From Dehalococcoidia bacterium (GTDB taxonomy: Bacteria; Chloroflexota; Dehalococcoidia; Dehalococcoidales; BS750m-G39), in assembly GCA_050123275.1 (NCBI GenBank), contig JASFHK010000001.1, positions 142,684 through 206,683 of the forward strand: a stretch of 64,000 nucleotides of DNA, read 5' to 3'. Shown here in pieces: positions 17,155 to 26,054 of this stretch (its first letter is position 1; the number at the start of each line of letters is the position of its first letter). The notes under the pieces were generated by a model. That model was not told the DNA's origin. It saw only the letters and a program-made list of their open reading frames with translations, and did not search any database. A program made the translations under genes and the position numbers.

Positions 17155-18048
17155 ATAGCCGTTACACTGGAAAACGTCGCCCCCGAAACCTACCGCCTGG
17201 AAAAGAAAATCCCCGGCGCTAACGCCCCCTTCGCCGTTTACTTCATCGAGGACGGCGGTGGCGCCATCATCGAGCCGGGCCCGGCTACCATTTTCCCCGA
17301 AATAAAACAGGCCGCCGCGCAGCTGGGCATCACCGAGCCCGAATACATCATCCCCACCCACATCCACCTCGACCACGCCGGTGGGCTGGGCAAGCTGGCG
17401 CAGGCCTTCCCCGGAGCCAGAATCGTGCTCAACCGCCAGGGGGCGAAGCACATGGTGGAGCCGACGCGGCTGATTAACAGCACCAAGATGGCTTTCGGCG
17501 ACGACTTCGAAAGAATCTACGGCGCCATCATACCGCTGGAAGAATCGCGGCTGAAGCTGGTCGAGGACGGCGATAGGCTAAAGCTGGGCGGGCGTGAATT
17601 ACTTATCGTCCATACCCCCGGCCACGCCGGCCACCACATCGCCATCTTCGACGAAAAGACGCGGGGGCTTTTCTGCGGCGAGTCGCTGGGCCTGATTTAC
17701 AGCCCCGGCTATCCGCCCCTCCCCGCCGTGGCCCCGCCCAGCTTCGATTTGGAGCTTTACCTCAAGGACATGGAAAAACTGAAAGGCTTAAAGCCCGAAC
17801 TGCTCTTTTACTCTCACGGCGGCGCCGCCACCGGGCCGGACAGGCTCATCGACACGGCCATGGAGAACTCGAAGCTGGTCGGCGACTTGATACTAAAGAA
17901 ACTGAAGGCGGGCGAGAGCGACGAGGCCATCGTCAAATACATCGGCGACTACCTCATCGAGCGTTTCAACGCCCCGCTGGACGAATACGAGCTGTTGAGC
18001 AACGTCAGCGGCTATATCTTCTACTTTCGTAAAAAAGGACTGGTTTAA
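17155..18048 (+). CDS. MBL-fold metallo-hydrolase (no canonical start codon; ATA 17155 proposed)
   Basis: The frame is open from 17146. Translation (I)AVTLENVAPETYRL..IIPTHIHLDHAGGL..HTPGHAGHH. The ORF track begins only at the internal GTG 17425. GAGGTG lies 5 nt before the ATA. Confidence 0.7.
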   Translation: MAVTLENVAPETYRLEKKIPGANAPFAVYFIEDGGGAIIEPGPATIFPEIKQAAAQLGITEPEYIIPTHIHLDHAGGLGKLAQAFPGARIVLNRQGAKHMVEPTRLINSTKMAFGDDFERIYGAIIPLEESRLKLVEDGDRLKLGGRELLIVHTPGHAGHHIAIFDEKTRGLFCGESLGLIYSPGYPPLPAVAPPSFDLELYLKDMEKLKGLKPELLFYSHGGAATGPDRLIDTAMENSKLVGDLILKKLKAGESDEAIVKYIGDYLIERFNAPLDEYELLSNVSGYIFYFRKKGLV

Positions 18049-18057
18049 GGAGGCAAT

Positions 18058-18534
18058 ATGGTAATCATCAGCATTATCGCCGTCATCATACTCCTGTTAA
18101 GTCTGGGCAACGGCTTCCGCGAGGGGGCGCTCAAGCAGGCCGTCTCCCTTATCTCGCTGCTGGCGGCGATACCCCTGACCGGGCTTTGCTACAACTGGCT
18201 GGCCAGCCTGTTCTCCTTCCTGCCCGGGACGAACTGGGAGAACTTCGTCGGCTTTTTCGTCACCATGGGCATCATCATGGTCCTCATCCAGCTGTTGCTG
18301 CTGCTGCCGCGGCGCCACTTCGATAAGAGGTGGAAGGGTGGTCTCCTTTTCCGCTCCATCGGCGCGGTGATTAGCTTTTTCGGCGCCGCTATCGGCATGG
18401 TCGTTTTCGCGCTGGTGCTCAACGCCTACCCCATCTTTGACTGGCTGCAGAGCGCGGTGAGCGGCTCCTGCGTCATCAGCTGGCTGGGTTCCTGGCTGGG
18501 CTTCGTCGGGCACATGCTGCCCTCGGTTTTTTAA
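18058..18534 (+). CDS. CvpA family membrane protein
   Basis: 158 aa with 4 hydrophobic helices. N-terminal LSLGNGFREG pattern typical of CvpA. Confidence 0.7.
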   Translation: MVIISIIAVIILLLSLGNGFREGALKQAVSLISLLAAIPLTGLCYNWLASLFSFLPGTNWENFVGFFVTMGIIMVLIQLLLLLPRRHFDKRWKGGLLFRSIGAVISFFGAAIGMVVFALVLNAYPIFDWLQSAVSGSCVISWLGSWLGFVGHMLPSVF

Positions 18535-18548
18535 TATCTCACTGACGT

Positions 18549-18573
18549 CAAGAGGGGGCATAGCCCCCTCTTG
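18549..18573. repeat. hairpin repeat, AGAGGGG-loop-CCCCTCT family (copy 1)
   Basis: CAAGAGGGGGCATAGCCCCCTCTTG. Related copies at 38261-38283 and 56734-56757. Confidence 0.7.
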
Positions 18574-18641
18574 AAACTCCCCCGAATTGCCCCCGATTTC
18601 CCATTCCCTTAAACCGCAAATTCCTGTAGAATAAACTTGTC

Positions 18642-21194
18642 ATGAAAGAGGCCTCGACCCCCATCCGCCGCCAGTATCTCAAAATCAAACAGCAATACCC
18701 CAAGGCCATCGTGCTTTTCCGTTTGGGCGACTTCTACGAGACCTTCGACGAGGACGCCAAGCTGGCGGCGCGCGAGCTGGAAATCGTGCTCACCGCCCGC
18801 AGCATGGGCAAGGGGCTGCGCGTGCCTATGGCCGGCATTCCCTACCACGCCCTGGACAACTACCTGGCCAAGCTCATCGGCCGCGGCTACAAAGTCGCCA
18901 TCTGCGAGCAGGTAACCAAACCGGGCGAAACCAAAGGCCTGGTGCAGCGCGAGGTGGTGAGACTGGTGACGCCGGGGACGGTGGTCGAGCCGGGGCTGCT
19001 CGACAGCAAGAGCAACAACTACCTGGTCGCCCTGTCTTTCGGTGAAGAAGAGGTGGGGTTGGCCTACGTCGATATCACCACCAGCGAGTTCGCCACTGCC
19101 CAGATGCCGGCCCACCGCCTTGTCACCGAGCTGGAGAGGCTCAAGCCCTCGGAAATCATTGCCGCCGAGAGCGCCGGGCTGCCCGAATTGAATCTAAAGG
19201 CCTCGCTGACCCGTTTGGAGGACTACTGGTTCGAGAGCGAGGTGGCGCGCGAGACCATCCTCGACCACTTCGGCGCCGCCACGCTGGACGGCTACGGCTG
19301 CTCCCAGTTGCCACTGGCGGTGAGCGCCGCCGGCGCCGTCGTCCACTACGTCCAGGAGACGCAAAAAGGGGTGCTGGGACAGCTGACCCAGCTTGCTACC
19401 TATTCCACGGAAAACTTCATGGCGCTGGACGTCCAGACCCAGCGTAATCTGGAGATTTTTGTCAGCGGCCGCACCGGAAACGTAAGCGGCTCGCTTTTAT
19501 CCGTTATCGATTCGACCCGCACGGCGATGGGGGGGCGGTTGCTAAGGCGCTGGCTGGGCCAGCCCCTGCTCGACATAAAAGAGCTGAATAAACGCCAGGA
19601 CGCCATCGCCTGGTTCGCCGAAAACACCCTGCCCCGCCACTCCGTAATCTCTTTGCTGGGCGAGGTCGCCGACGTCGAGCGCCTCATCAACCGCATCAAG
19701 AGCGCCATCGCCCTCCCCCGCGAGCTCAGCGCCCTGCGCCGCAGCCTGGAGGTCATCCCCGAAATACAGAAAGCGCTGTCCGGCTGGCTCAAAGAGACCA
19801 TCAAGCCCTGCCCCGAGGTCGTCGAGCTCATCACGCAGAGTATCGCCGATTCGCCGGGCACCCTCGACGAGGGCGGTGTCATCAAGCCCGGTTTCTCCGA
19901 AGAGCTGGACAAGCTGCGCCAATCTTCCAAAAACGCCAGGCAATACCTGGCCGACCTGGAAAAAACCGAGAAAGAAAAGACGGGCATCAAGTCGCTCAAG
20001 GTCGGCTTCAACAAGGTCTTCGGCTACTACATCGAGGTTTCCAACGCCAACCTGGCCCAGGTGCCCGAAAACTATATCCGCAAGCAGACTTTAGTTAACG
20101 GCGAGCGCTTTTTTACCCCGGAGCTGAAGGAGTACGAGTCCCTGATTCTCAACGCCCAGGACCGCATCGCCGGGCTGGAAAGGCAGCTTTTCCGCCAGGT
20201 CTGCGCCCAGATCGGCGCCTACGCCGAAGCCATCTCGGCCTCGGCGGTGGCCCTGGCCGCCATCGACGCCTTCGCCGCTTTGGCCGAGGTCGCCGTCCGC
20301 CACGGCTATGTCCGCCCCGTTTTGACTGAAGAAAATACCATCGACATCGGCGGCGGGCGCCATCCCGTCGTGGAAAGAACATTGCCCGAAGGCAGCTTCG
20401 TGCCCAACGATACTATACTCTCCAACGACGACGCCCAGCTTATCATCCTTACCGGCCCCAACATGTCGGGCAAGTCCACCTATCTGCGTCAGGTCGCCCT
20501 CATCGTGCTGCTGGCGCAAACGGGCAGCTTCGTCCCCGCCAGCGCCGCCACCATCGGGCTGGTGGACAGGATTTTTACCCGCATCGGCGCCCGCGAGGAC
20601 TTGCCCGCCGGTCAGTCCACCTTCATGGTGGAGATGGTGGAGACGGCCAACATACTCAACAACGCCACCCCCCGCTCCCTCATCATCCTCGACGAAATCG
20701 GGCGCGGCACTTCGACTTACGACGGGCTTTCCATCGCCCGCGCCGTCGCCGAGTACATCCACTCCTACCCTAAGTTAGGCGCCAAGACGCTCTTCGCCAC
20801 CCACTACCACGAGTTAGTCGAATTAGCCAACTTCCTGCCCCGCGTCAAGAACTTCAACATCGCCGTCGCCGAGGACAAGGGCGAGGTCATCTTCCTCTAC
20901 AAAATCGTCCCCGGCGGCGTGGACAAGAGCTACGGCATCCACGTGGCCAAGCTGGCCGGGCTGCCCCGTTCGGTGGTGCACCGCGCCCAGGAGGTATTGA
21001 CCGACCTGGAAGACGGCAGCAAGCAGGCTACCGTCAAGCGCCGCCGTAAAGAAGCGGCTTCCCAGCAGTTACCGCTGCTGGGGTCGAAGTCGCCCCTCTT
21101 CGAAGAACTGGAGAAGCTGGACATAAACTCCCTGACCCCTCTCGAAGCCATCAACAAGCTCTACGAGCTGCAAAAGAAGGTGCGGGAAGGGTAG
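18642..21194 (+). CDS. mutS: DNA mismatch repair protein MutS
   Basis: 850 aa. N-terminal PIRRQYLKIK..FRLGDFYE and Walker A GPNMSGKSTYLRQ. Confidence 0.95.
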   Translation: MKEASTPIRRQYLKIKQQYPKAIVLFRLGDFYETFDEDAKLAARELEIVLTARSMGKGLRVPMAGIPYHALDNYLAKLIGRGYKVAICEQVTKPGETKGLVQREVVRLVTPGTVVEPGLLDSKSNNYLVALSFGEEEVGLAYVDITTSEFATAQMPAHRLVTELERLKPSEIIAAESAGLPELNLKASLTRLEDYWFESEVARETILDHFGAATLDGYGCSQLPLAVSAAGAVVHYVQETQKGVLGQLTQLATYSTENFMALDVQTQRNLEIFVSGRTGNVSGSLLSVIDSTRTAMGGRLLRRWLGQPLLDIKELNKRQDAIAWFAENTLPRHSVISLLGEVADVERLINRIKSAIALPRELSALRRSLEVIPEIQKALSGWLKETIKPCPEVVELITQSIADSPGTLDEGGVIKPGFSEELDKLRQSSKNARQYLADLEKTEKEKTGIKSLKVGFNKVFGYYIEVSNANLAQVPENYIRKQTLVNGERFFTPELKEYESLILNAQDRIAGLERQLFRQVCAQIGAYAEAISASAVALAAIDAFAALAEVAVRHGYVRPVLTEENTIDIGGGRHPVVERTLPEGSFVPNDTILSNDDAQLIILTGPNMSGKSTYLRQVALIVLLAQTGSFVPASAATIGLVDRIFTRIGAREDLPAGQSTFMVEMVETANILNNATPRSLIILDEIGRGTSTYDGLSIARAVAEYIHSYPKLGAKTLFATHYHELVELANFLPRVKNFNIAVAEDKGEVIFLYKIVPGGVDKSYGIHVAKLAGLPRSVVHRAQEVLTDLEDGSKQATVKRRRKEAASQQLPLLGSKSPLFEELEKLDINSLTPLEAINKLYELQKKVREG

Positions 21195-21214
21195 GGCGAT
21201 AAAGGAGGTCCGAA

Positions 21215-21724
21215 ATGGCGAAAAAAGTGCTGGTGGCCTACGCCTCCAAGTACGGCGCCACCGCCGGAATCGCCGAGAAAATCGGCGAGGTGCTGAGCGA
21301 GGCCGGGCTGACGGTTGACGTGGCGCCCGCCGACAAGACGGAAGACCCGGCGTCCTACGCGGGGGTGGTGCTGGGCAGCGCCGTCTATATCGGCGGCTGG
21401 CGCAAGGAGGCGGTCAAGTTCCTCAAGAAAAACCGGAAGAAGCTGGCGGAGCGCCCCGTCTGGATTTTTTCCAGCGGTCCCACGGGCGAGGGCGACCCGG
21501 TGGAACTGGTCAAGGGCTGGCGCTATCCCAAGAAGCTCGGCGACGCTCTCGAAGAGGTCGAGCCGGTGGATATCACCGTTTTCCACGGCGCCATCGATAG
21601 CGAAAAGCTGAACGCCCTGGAGAGGTTCGCCATTAAGAACGTCAAGGCCGAGCCGGGCGACTTCCGCGACTGGGAGGCTATCACCGCCTGGGCCAAGAAG
21701 ATAGCCGCTAAGCTTAAAAAATAG
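21215..21724 (+). CDS. flavodoxin domain protein (HemG-like)
   Basis: 169 aa with KVLVAYASKYGATAGIAEKI N-terminus. Confidence 0.75.
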   Translation: MAKKVLVAYASKYGATAGIAEKIGEVLSEAGLTVDVAPADKTEDPASYAGVVLGSAVYIGGWRKEAVKFLKKNRKKLAERPVWIFSSGPTGEGDPVELVKGWRYPKKLGDALEEVEPVDITVFHGAIDSEKLNALERFAIKNVKAEPGDFRDWEAITAWAKKIAAKLKK

Positions 21725-21743
21725 ACGGGAAAGGGAAAAAGCG

Positions 21744-22349
21744 ATGAAGATTCTGGCCGTTTCCGGCAGCCCGCGCAAAGGGGGCAACACCGATATTTTA
21801 CTGGGGGAAGCGCTCGAAGGCGCCAAAACCGAAGGCGCCGAGGTCGAGCTTTACCGGCTGTCGGGCAAGGACATCAAGCCCTGCGACGGCTGCTGGACCT
21901 GTATGAAAAAGGGCAAGTGCCACATCAAGGACGATATGCAGGAGTTATACGAAAAGTTCTTCGCCACCGACGGTATCATCATCGGCACGCCCATCTACTA
22001 CTACGCCATGACCGCCCAGACCAAGACGATGATAGACCGTTCCATGCCGATGGGCCACTCCAAGCGTAATCTGGCCGGTAAAATCGGCGGCGTTATCGTC
22101 GTCGGCGGCAGCCTCGGCCTCGTCGACGCCCTCAAGGATATCTATTTCTACTACGTCACCCAGCGTATAGTTCCGGCCAACTACGTGGCGGCTTACGGCG
22201 GGGCTAAGGGCGACGTCAACAAGCTGGAAAAGGGGAAGCAGGCGGCGCGCGACCAGGGACGGCAGATAGTGCGCATGGCGCGGCAGGGCTTTGAGTACCC
22301 CGCCGGGATAGAAGCCCCCCACTTCGCCTACGGCACGCACACTTTTTAG
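21744..22349 (+). CDS. iron-sulfur flavoprotein / NADPH-dependent FMN reductase family
   Basis: 201 aa. MKILAVSGSPRKGGNT and compact Cys motif CDGCWTCMKKGKC. Confidence 0.8.
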   Translation: MKILAVSGSPRKGGNTDILLGEALEGAKTEGAEVELYRLSGKDIKPCDGCWTCMKKGKCHIKDDMQELYEKFFATDGIIIGTPIYYYAMTAQTKTMIDRSMPMGHSKRNLAGKIGGVIVVGGSLGLVDALKDIYFYYVTQRIVPANYVAAYGGAKGDVNKLEKGKQAARDQGRQIVRMARQGFEYPAGIEAPHFAYGTHTF

Positions 22350-22708
22350 GATTTGATTTCGAGGTTTTCGATTTTTACCTTGGTGCCGCCTTCGCAGTTG
22401 ACGGTCTCACTCTTACCTTCGGCTATAGTGACTGTCTGCGTTGAGCCGTCGGGACAGGTGACGGTAACCGTTACCGACTCTTCATCCTTGTCTATCTCGT
22501 CAGCGTGAACGCTGGCGCTATTATCGCCGACAGTGATAGAACCGGTGGTGCATACCTGAAACCATAAGTGACCGTCTATGGTGCCTCCGGTGCCGCCGGG
22601 AAAGGTGATGTCTATCTTCAGTCTGGCTTGCGGTTCACCGTTACAGCCGACCATAATCAGCGCTGCCGTCAGTAACAGGACTATAAAAATCAATACCTTC
22701 CGCTTCAT
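22346..22708 (-). CDS. hypothetical lipoprotein
   Basis: 120 aa with signal peptide and lipobox MVGC. Confidence 0.55.
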   Translation of the reverse strand: MKRKVLIFIVLLLTAALIMVGCNGEPQARLKIDITFPGGTGGTIDGHLWFQVCTTGSITVGDNSASVHADEIDKDEESVTVTVTCPDGSTQTVTIAEGKSETVNCEGGTKVKIENLEIKS

Positions 22709-22874
22709 TTTGCCGCTACCTCCCTTAACTCTAATTTTGGCTCTCTTTGCCTATCGGGGAGTTACTGCCGAAGCGATAGGCTTCCGGTTTTAGCAATGAC
22801 AAATCGGCCGTGTCGTATTAAGGTGGAATCAAAGACACACCATCTCCCTCACCGCCATCTCCGCACCGCCGAAG

Positions 22875-23075
22875 CTATTTCATGCTCAATTTCTTGGTGG
22901 GGGTAGGGATGCCGAGCACGCATTGGCTCTGGCTCACCATCTTGGTGCAGGCGTCGCAAAGCGTGGCTTGCCGGGGTTGACCCTCGCGCAGGTTGCGGGC
23001 AGCGATGCTCTTACCGTCCGGGCAGTTCTTACAAACGTGGTAGATTTCCGGCTTTAACCCAGAATAGTAAGCCAT
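22875..23075 (-). CDS. small zinc-ribbon-like protein (66 aa)
   Basis: Start moved to ATG 23075, which has AAGGAGG 7 nt upstream. MAYYSGLKPEIYHVCKNCPDG..LCDACTK carries two CxxC pairs. Confidence 0.55.
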   Translation of the reverse strand: MAYYSGLKPEIYHVCKNCPDGKSIAARNLREGQPRQATLCDACTKMVSQSQCVLGIPTPTKKLSMK

Positions 23076-23214
23076 CTCGGCGCCTCCTTTTTTCAAGTCA
23101 TTTGTCTGTATAAATGCCTGAAAAATCGGTTCCTCGAAGCCGCCTCTCTTTATATTATAACCCAATTGTCAATCTCTTTGAACACAAAAGTGTTCTTATC
23201 GGCACGGTATTTTA

Positions 23215-23246
23215 CACAAAAAAACAACCCCCTCCGAAGGAGGGGG
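23215..23246 (-). terminator. intrinsic terminator downstream of the 23272-23835 gene
   Basis: 9-bp stem ACCCCCTCC/GGAGGGGGT with GAA loop (23226-23246). On the minus strand it is followed by a TTGTTTTTTTGT run. Confidence 0.6.
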
Positions 23247-23271
23247 TCTTTACGCGTGGCGGAGCCGGAGC

Positions 23272-23835
23272 TTATAGCCGCGGCTTGCACATTATCTCTT
23301 TAATCCTGATGTCGAAGAAGGTGTGGGTGTTGGCCGGTCTCATCACCACGGCGGTGTCGGCGCCGTGACCGCTGCCGGCGACGGCGATGATGTCCTCGTC
23401 GGTGCGCACCAGTCCCGCGTCGGCGGCCATGGCGGCGATTTCAAAGACTACCTTGGTACCCTGCCCGAAGGTGCGCAGGACGTCGGCGATGACCTCGCCC
23501 AGGACGAAGGTGTCGTACTTGCTGCGCATAGCGCGGCTCAAGCCCCCCAGGGCGTGGGCGGTGGTCAGAATAATGCCCCCCGCGGCCTCGACGGCTTTTC
23601 TATTCTCCTCGGTAAACTCCTGGGCGTTGGGCTGGCGCAGGCCGGTGACGTGTGTCACCACGATAACCTTTAGCCCCTGGAACGCCTCCATGGCTTTGAC
23701 GGCGGTCTCACCCACCGTCGAAGCGACCACTATCGTCCTTATGCCCAGCTCTTCGGCCCGCTTACGGGCGATTTTAAGCGTCTCCTTGGTGTTCTCTCTG
23801 CCCAGTTTGTCGAAATAGACCGTCTTGGTTTCCAT
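23272..23835 (-). CDS. pyruvate kinase alpha/beta (C-terminal-like) domain protein
   Basis: 187 aa. TVYFDKLGRENT..IRTIVVASTVGETA pattern recalled from this family. Confidence 0.65.
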   Translation of the reverse strand: METKTVYFDKLGRENTKETLKIARKRAEELGIRTIVVASTVGETAVKAMEAFQGLKVIVVTHVTGLRQPNAQEFTEENRKAVEAAGGIILTTAHALGGLSRAMRSKYDTFVLGEVIADVLRTFGQGTKVVFEIAAMAADAGLVRTDEDIIAVAGSGHGADTAVVMRPANTHTFFDIRIKEIMCKPRL

Positions 23836-23880
23836 CTATCCCCCTCTTAGTTTCAGTGGCTGCCCTTATTATATACTACA

Positions 23881-23909
23881 TTGCCTGCCCATAGGTAGTG
23901 TGGTATAGT
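23881..23909 (+). promoter_or_regulatory. candidate promoter of the arg operon (would give a leaderless argJ mRNA)
   Basis: TTGCCT (23881-23886), 17-nt spacer, then TGgTATAGT (23901-23909). The ATG at 23917 lies 7 nt after the -10 and no SD is visible. Confidence 0.4.
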
Positions 23910-23916
23910 TTGGATA

Positions 23917-25116
23917 ATGACCGCCGAAATTGAATTTCTTCCCGGGGGCACGGTTAGCTCGCCCCGAGGTTTTTTCGCCGGCGCCACCCGTGCCGGCATA
24001 AACGAGAGAGCCAACGATAAGCCCGATCTGGCCATTCTCTTTTCCGAGTCGCCCTGCGCGGCGGCGGCGGTCTTTACCAACAGCCGCCTCAAGGCGGCCC
24101 CCGTTTTGCTTTCCCAGAAGAGGCTGGAGCAGCCGGACAAAATCGGGGCGGTGGTGGTCAACAGCGGCTGCGCCAACGCCTATCTCGGCGAGCAGGGGCT
24201 TGTCGACGCCGCCGAGATGGCGGCGCTGGTCGGCGAGGGCGTGGGCGTCGAGCCCGAAGACGTGCTGGTTTCGAGCACGGGCGTTATCGGCGTGCCTTTA
24301 CCCATGGAGAAGATAAGAGCCAGCGTCGAGAAAATCGTCCTCGAAAACGACGGCGGCCACCAGCTGGCCCGGGCCATCATGACCACCGACACCCACCCCA
24401 AGGAGGCGGCGGTCAAAGTCAGGGCCGGTGACATCGAGTTCACCGTCGGCGGCGCCGCCAAGGGCTCGGGCATGATTCACCCCGACCTGGCCACGCTGCT
24501 CGGCTTTATCACCACCGACGCCGATGTCGATAAAGGCGTCCTGCAAAAAGCCCTCAAGAAAGCGGCGGACGTCTCCTTCAACATGGTCTCGGTGGACGGC
24601 GACACCAGCCCCAACGACATGATACTGGTAATGGCTAACGGGCTGGCGGGCAAGGTCCCCGCCGATGTTTTCGAACCGGCGCTGGAAAAGCTTTGCATTC
24701 ACCTGGCCCGGCTCATCGCCGCCGACGGCGAGGGCGCCACCAAGCTCATCGAGGTCATTGTCAGCGGCGCCGCCAACGCAATCGAAGCCAGAAAGGCGGC
24801 GCGGGCGGTAGCCAGCTCGGCCCTGGTCAAGGCGGCGGTTCATGGCGCCGACCCCAACTGGGGGCGCGTCATGGCGGCGGTGGGGCGGAGCGGGGTCGAG
24901 GTCAAAGAGGTCAAGTTCGACCTCTCTATCGGCGCTATAGCCATGGTCAGGGCGGGTAAAGCCCTGTCTTTTGACGAATCCGCGGTGGTCGAGCTGCTCA
25001 AGGATAAAGAGGTGGTCTTCAACGTCGACCTCAACCTCGGTCCGGGGCAGGCCACCGCCTGGGGTTGCGACCTGTCCCCGGAATATGTCACTATTAATAG
25101 TCAGTATATGACATAA
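23917..25116 (+). CDS. argJ: bifunctional glutamate N-acetyltransferase / amino-acid acetyltransferase
   Basis: 399 aa with autoprocessing site region HPDLATLLGFITTDA. Confidence 0.95.
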   Translation: MTAEIEFLPGGTVSSPRGFFAGATRAGINERANDKPDLAILFSESPCAAAAVFTNSRLKAAPVLLSQKRLEQPDKIGAVVVNSGCANAYLGEQGLVDAAEMAALVGEGVGVEPEDVLVSSTGVIGVPLPMEKIRASVEKIVLENDGGHQLARAIMTTDTHPKEAAVKVRAGDIEFTVGGAAKGSGMIHPDLATLLGFITTDADVDKGVLQKALKKAADVSFNMVSVDGDTSPNDMILVMANGLAGKVPADVFEPALEKLCIHLARLIAADGEGATKLIEVIVSGAANAIEARKAARAVASSALVKAAVHGADPNWGRVMAAVGRSGVEVKEVKFDLSIGAIAMVRAGKALSFDESAVVELLKDKEVVFNVDLNLGPGQATAWGCDLSPEYVTINSQYMT

Positions 25117-25128
25117 ACAGGCACGAAA

Positions 25129-25914
25129 ATGAGCAAGGTAATCGTAATCAAGCTCGGCGGCGCCACCCTGGGTAACCACGACACCACGCTGGAAGACATC
25201 GTCTCCCTGCAGCAGCAGGGCAGGCAGGTGGTCGTCGTCCACGGCGGCGGCAAGACGATAACCAGCTGGCTGGAGCAGCGCGGCGTCGCCACCGAGTTCA
25301 TCGACGGCGAGCGCGTCACCGACGAAGCCACCCTTGAAGTCGTCGTCTCGGTGCTGGCCGGCATCGTCAACAAGGAAATCGTGGCCGACATCAACGCCCT
25401 GGGCGGTTTTGCCGTGGGCATCAGCGGCGTCGACGGCGCTTTTATCCAGGGCAAGGTAAAGCATAAAAAGCTGGGCTACATCGGCGAGGTGGTCAAGGTC
25501 AACCCCGCCCCCCTCCGGGCTTTGCTCGAAGCGGGCTTCGTGCCGGTGGTGGCTCCGGTGAGCTTCAATGCCGGTGAAAAGGAGCCCGGCGAGCGCGGCC
25601 TGCTCAACATCAACGCCGACCTCGTCGCCGGCGAGATCGCCGCCGCTATCGGCGCCGAAAAGCTCATCTTCCTCACCGACGTCACCGGTATCAGCGACGA
25701 GCAGGGCAAACTCCTGCCCGGCTTATCCACCGCCGAGGCCGAGGCGCTGATGGCGGCGGGTACGGCTTCGGGAGGCATGATTCCCAAGGTCAAGGCCTGT
25801 CTTAGAGCCTTGTCGGGCGCGGCCTCGGAGTGTATTATCATAGATGGCAGGCAATCGCACGCCCTGCTCAACGAAATCGAGGGCAAGGGCGGCGGCACTG
25901 TCATACGGAAATAA
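25129..25914 (+). CDS. argB: acetylglutamate kinase
   Basis: 261 aa. IKLGGA, VVVHGGG, NINAD motifs. Confidence 0.95.
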   Translation: MSKVIVIKLGGATLGNHDTTLEDIVSLQQQGRQVVVVHGGGKTITSWLEQRGVATEFIDGERVTDEATLEVVVSVLAGIVNKEIVADINALGGFAVGISGVDGAFIQGKVKHKKLGYIGEVVKVNPAPLRALLEAGFVPVVAPVSFNAGEKEPGERGLLNINADLVAGEIAAAIGAEKLIFLTDVTGISDEQGKLLPGLSTAEAEALMAAGTASGGMIPKVKACLRALSGAASECIIIDGRQSHALLNEIEGKGGGTVIRK

Positions 25915-25920
25915 ACTTAC

Positions 25921-25989
25921 TGTCATTCTGAGTCCTGCGGAGCAGGGCGAAGAATATCAAGAGACCCTTCGCTCCGCTCAGGGTGACAA
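25921..25989. repeat. inverted pair of TGTCAyyCTGAG..GCGAAGrrT-type hairpin repeats
   Basis: TGTCATTCTGAGTCCTGCGGAGCAGGGCGAAGAATATC, then the reverse complement of TGTCACCCTGAGCGGAGCGAAGGGTCTC. A third copy is at 56591-56623. Confidence 0.75.
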
Positions 25990-26054
25990 GTTAGCTATTG
26001 CATCGGGCTGACGATGTTGTATAATAGGGCTTTCTCAAAACAGGAGATAAAGAT

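Noticed and set aside
17147-17158. GTG 17147 as the MBL start (GTG AAA AAA TAG)
   Set aside because: As the sequence stands, it hits TAG after three codons. It works only if the A6 run is really A7, and its SD context is poorer than that of ATA 17155. It is kept as an alternative in the corresponding finding, not as a feature.
17119-17451. 110-aa minus-strand ORF over the 5' part of the MBL gene
   Set aside because: The plus strand encodes conserved MBL sequence here (HIHLDHAGG). The minus ORF only looks free because the plus-strand gene lacks a canonical start and was truncated in the ORF track.
22749-22781. Hairpin GCCTATCG..CGATAGGC as a terminator
   Set aside because: It has an 8-bp stem with a 17-nt loop and no U-tract on the strand where a gene ends, so it is not convincing.
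24298-25464. 388-aa minus-strand ORF antisense to argJ/argB
   Set aside because: It is a shadow ORF across two well-supported arg genes, with low-complexity G/A/D/R-rich translation.
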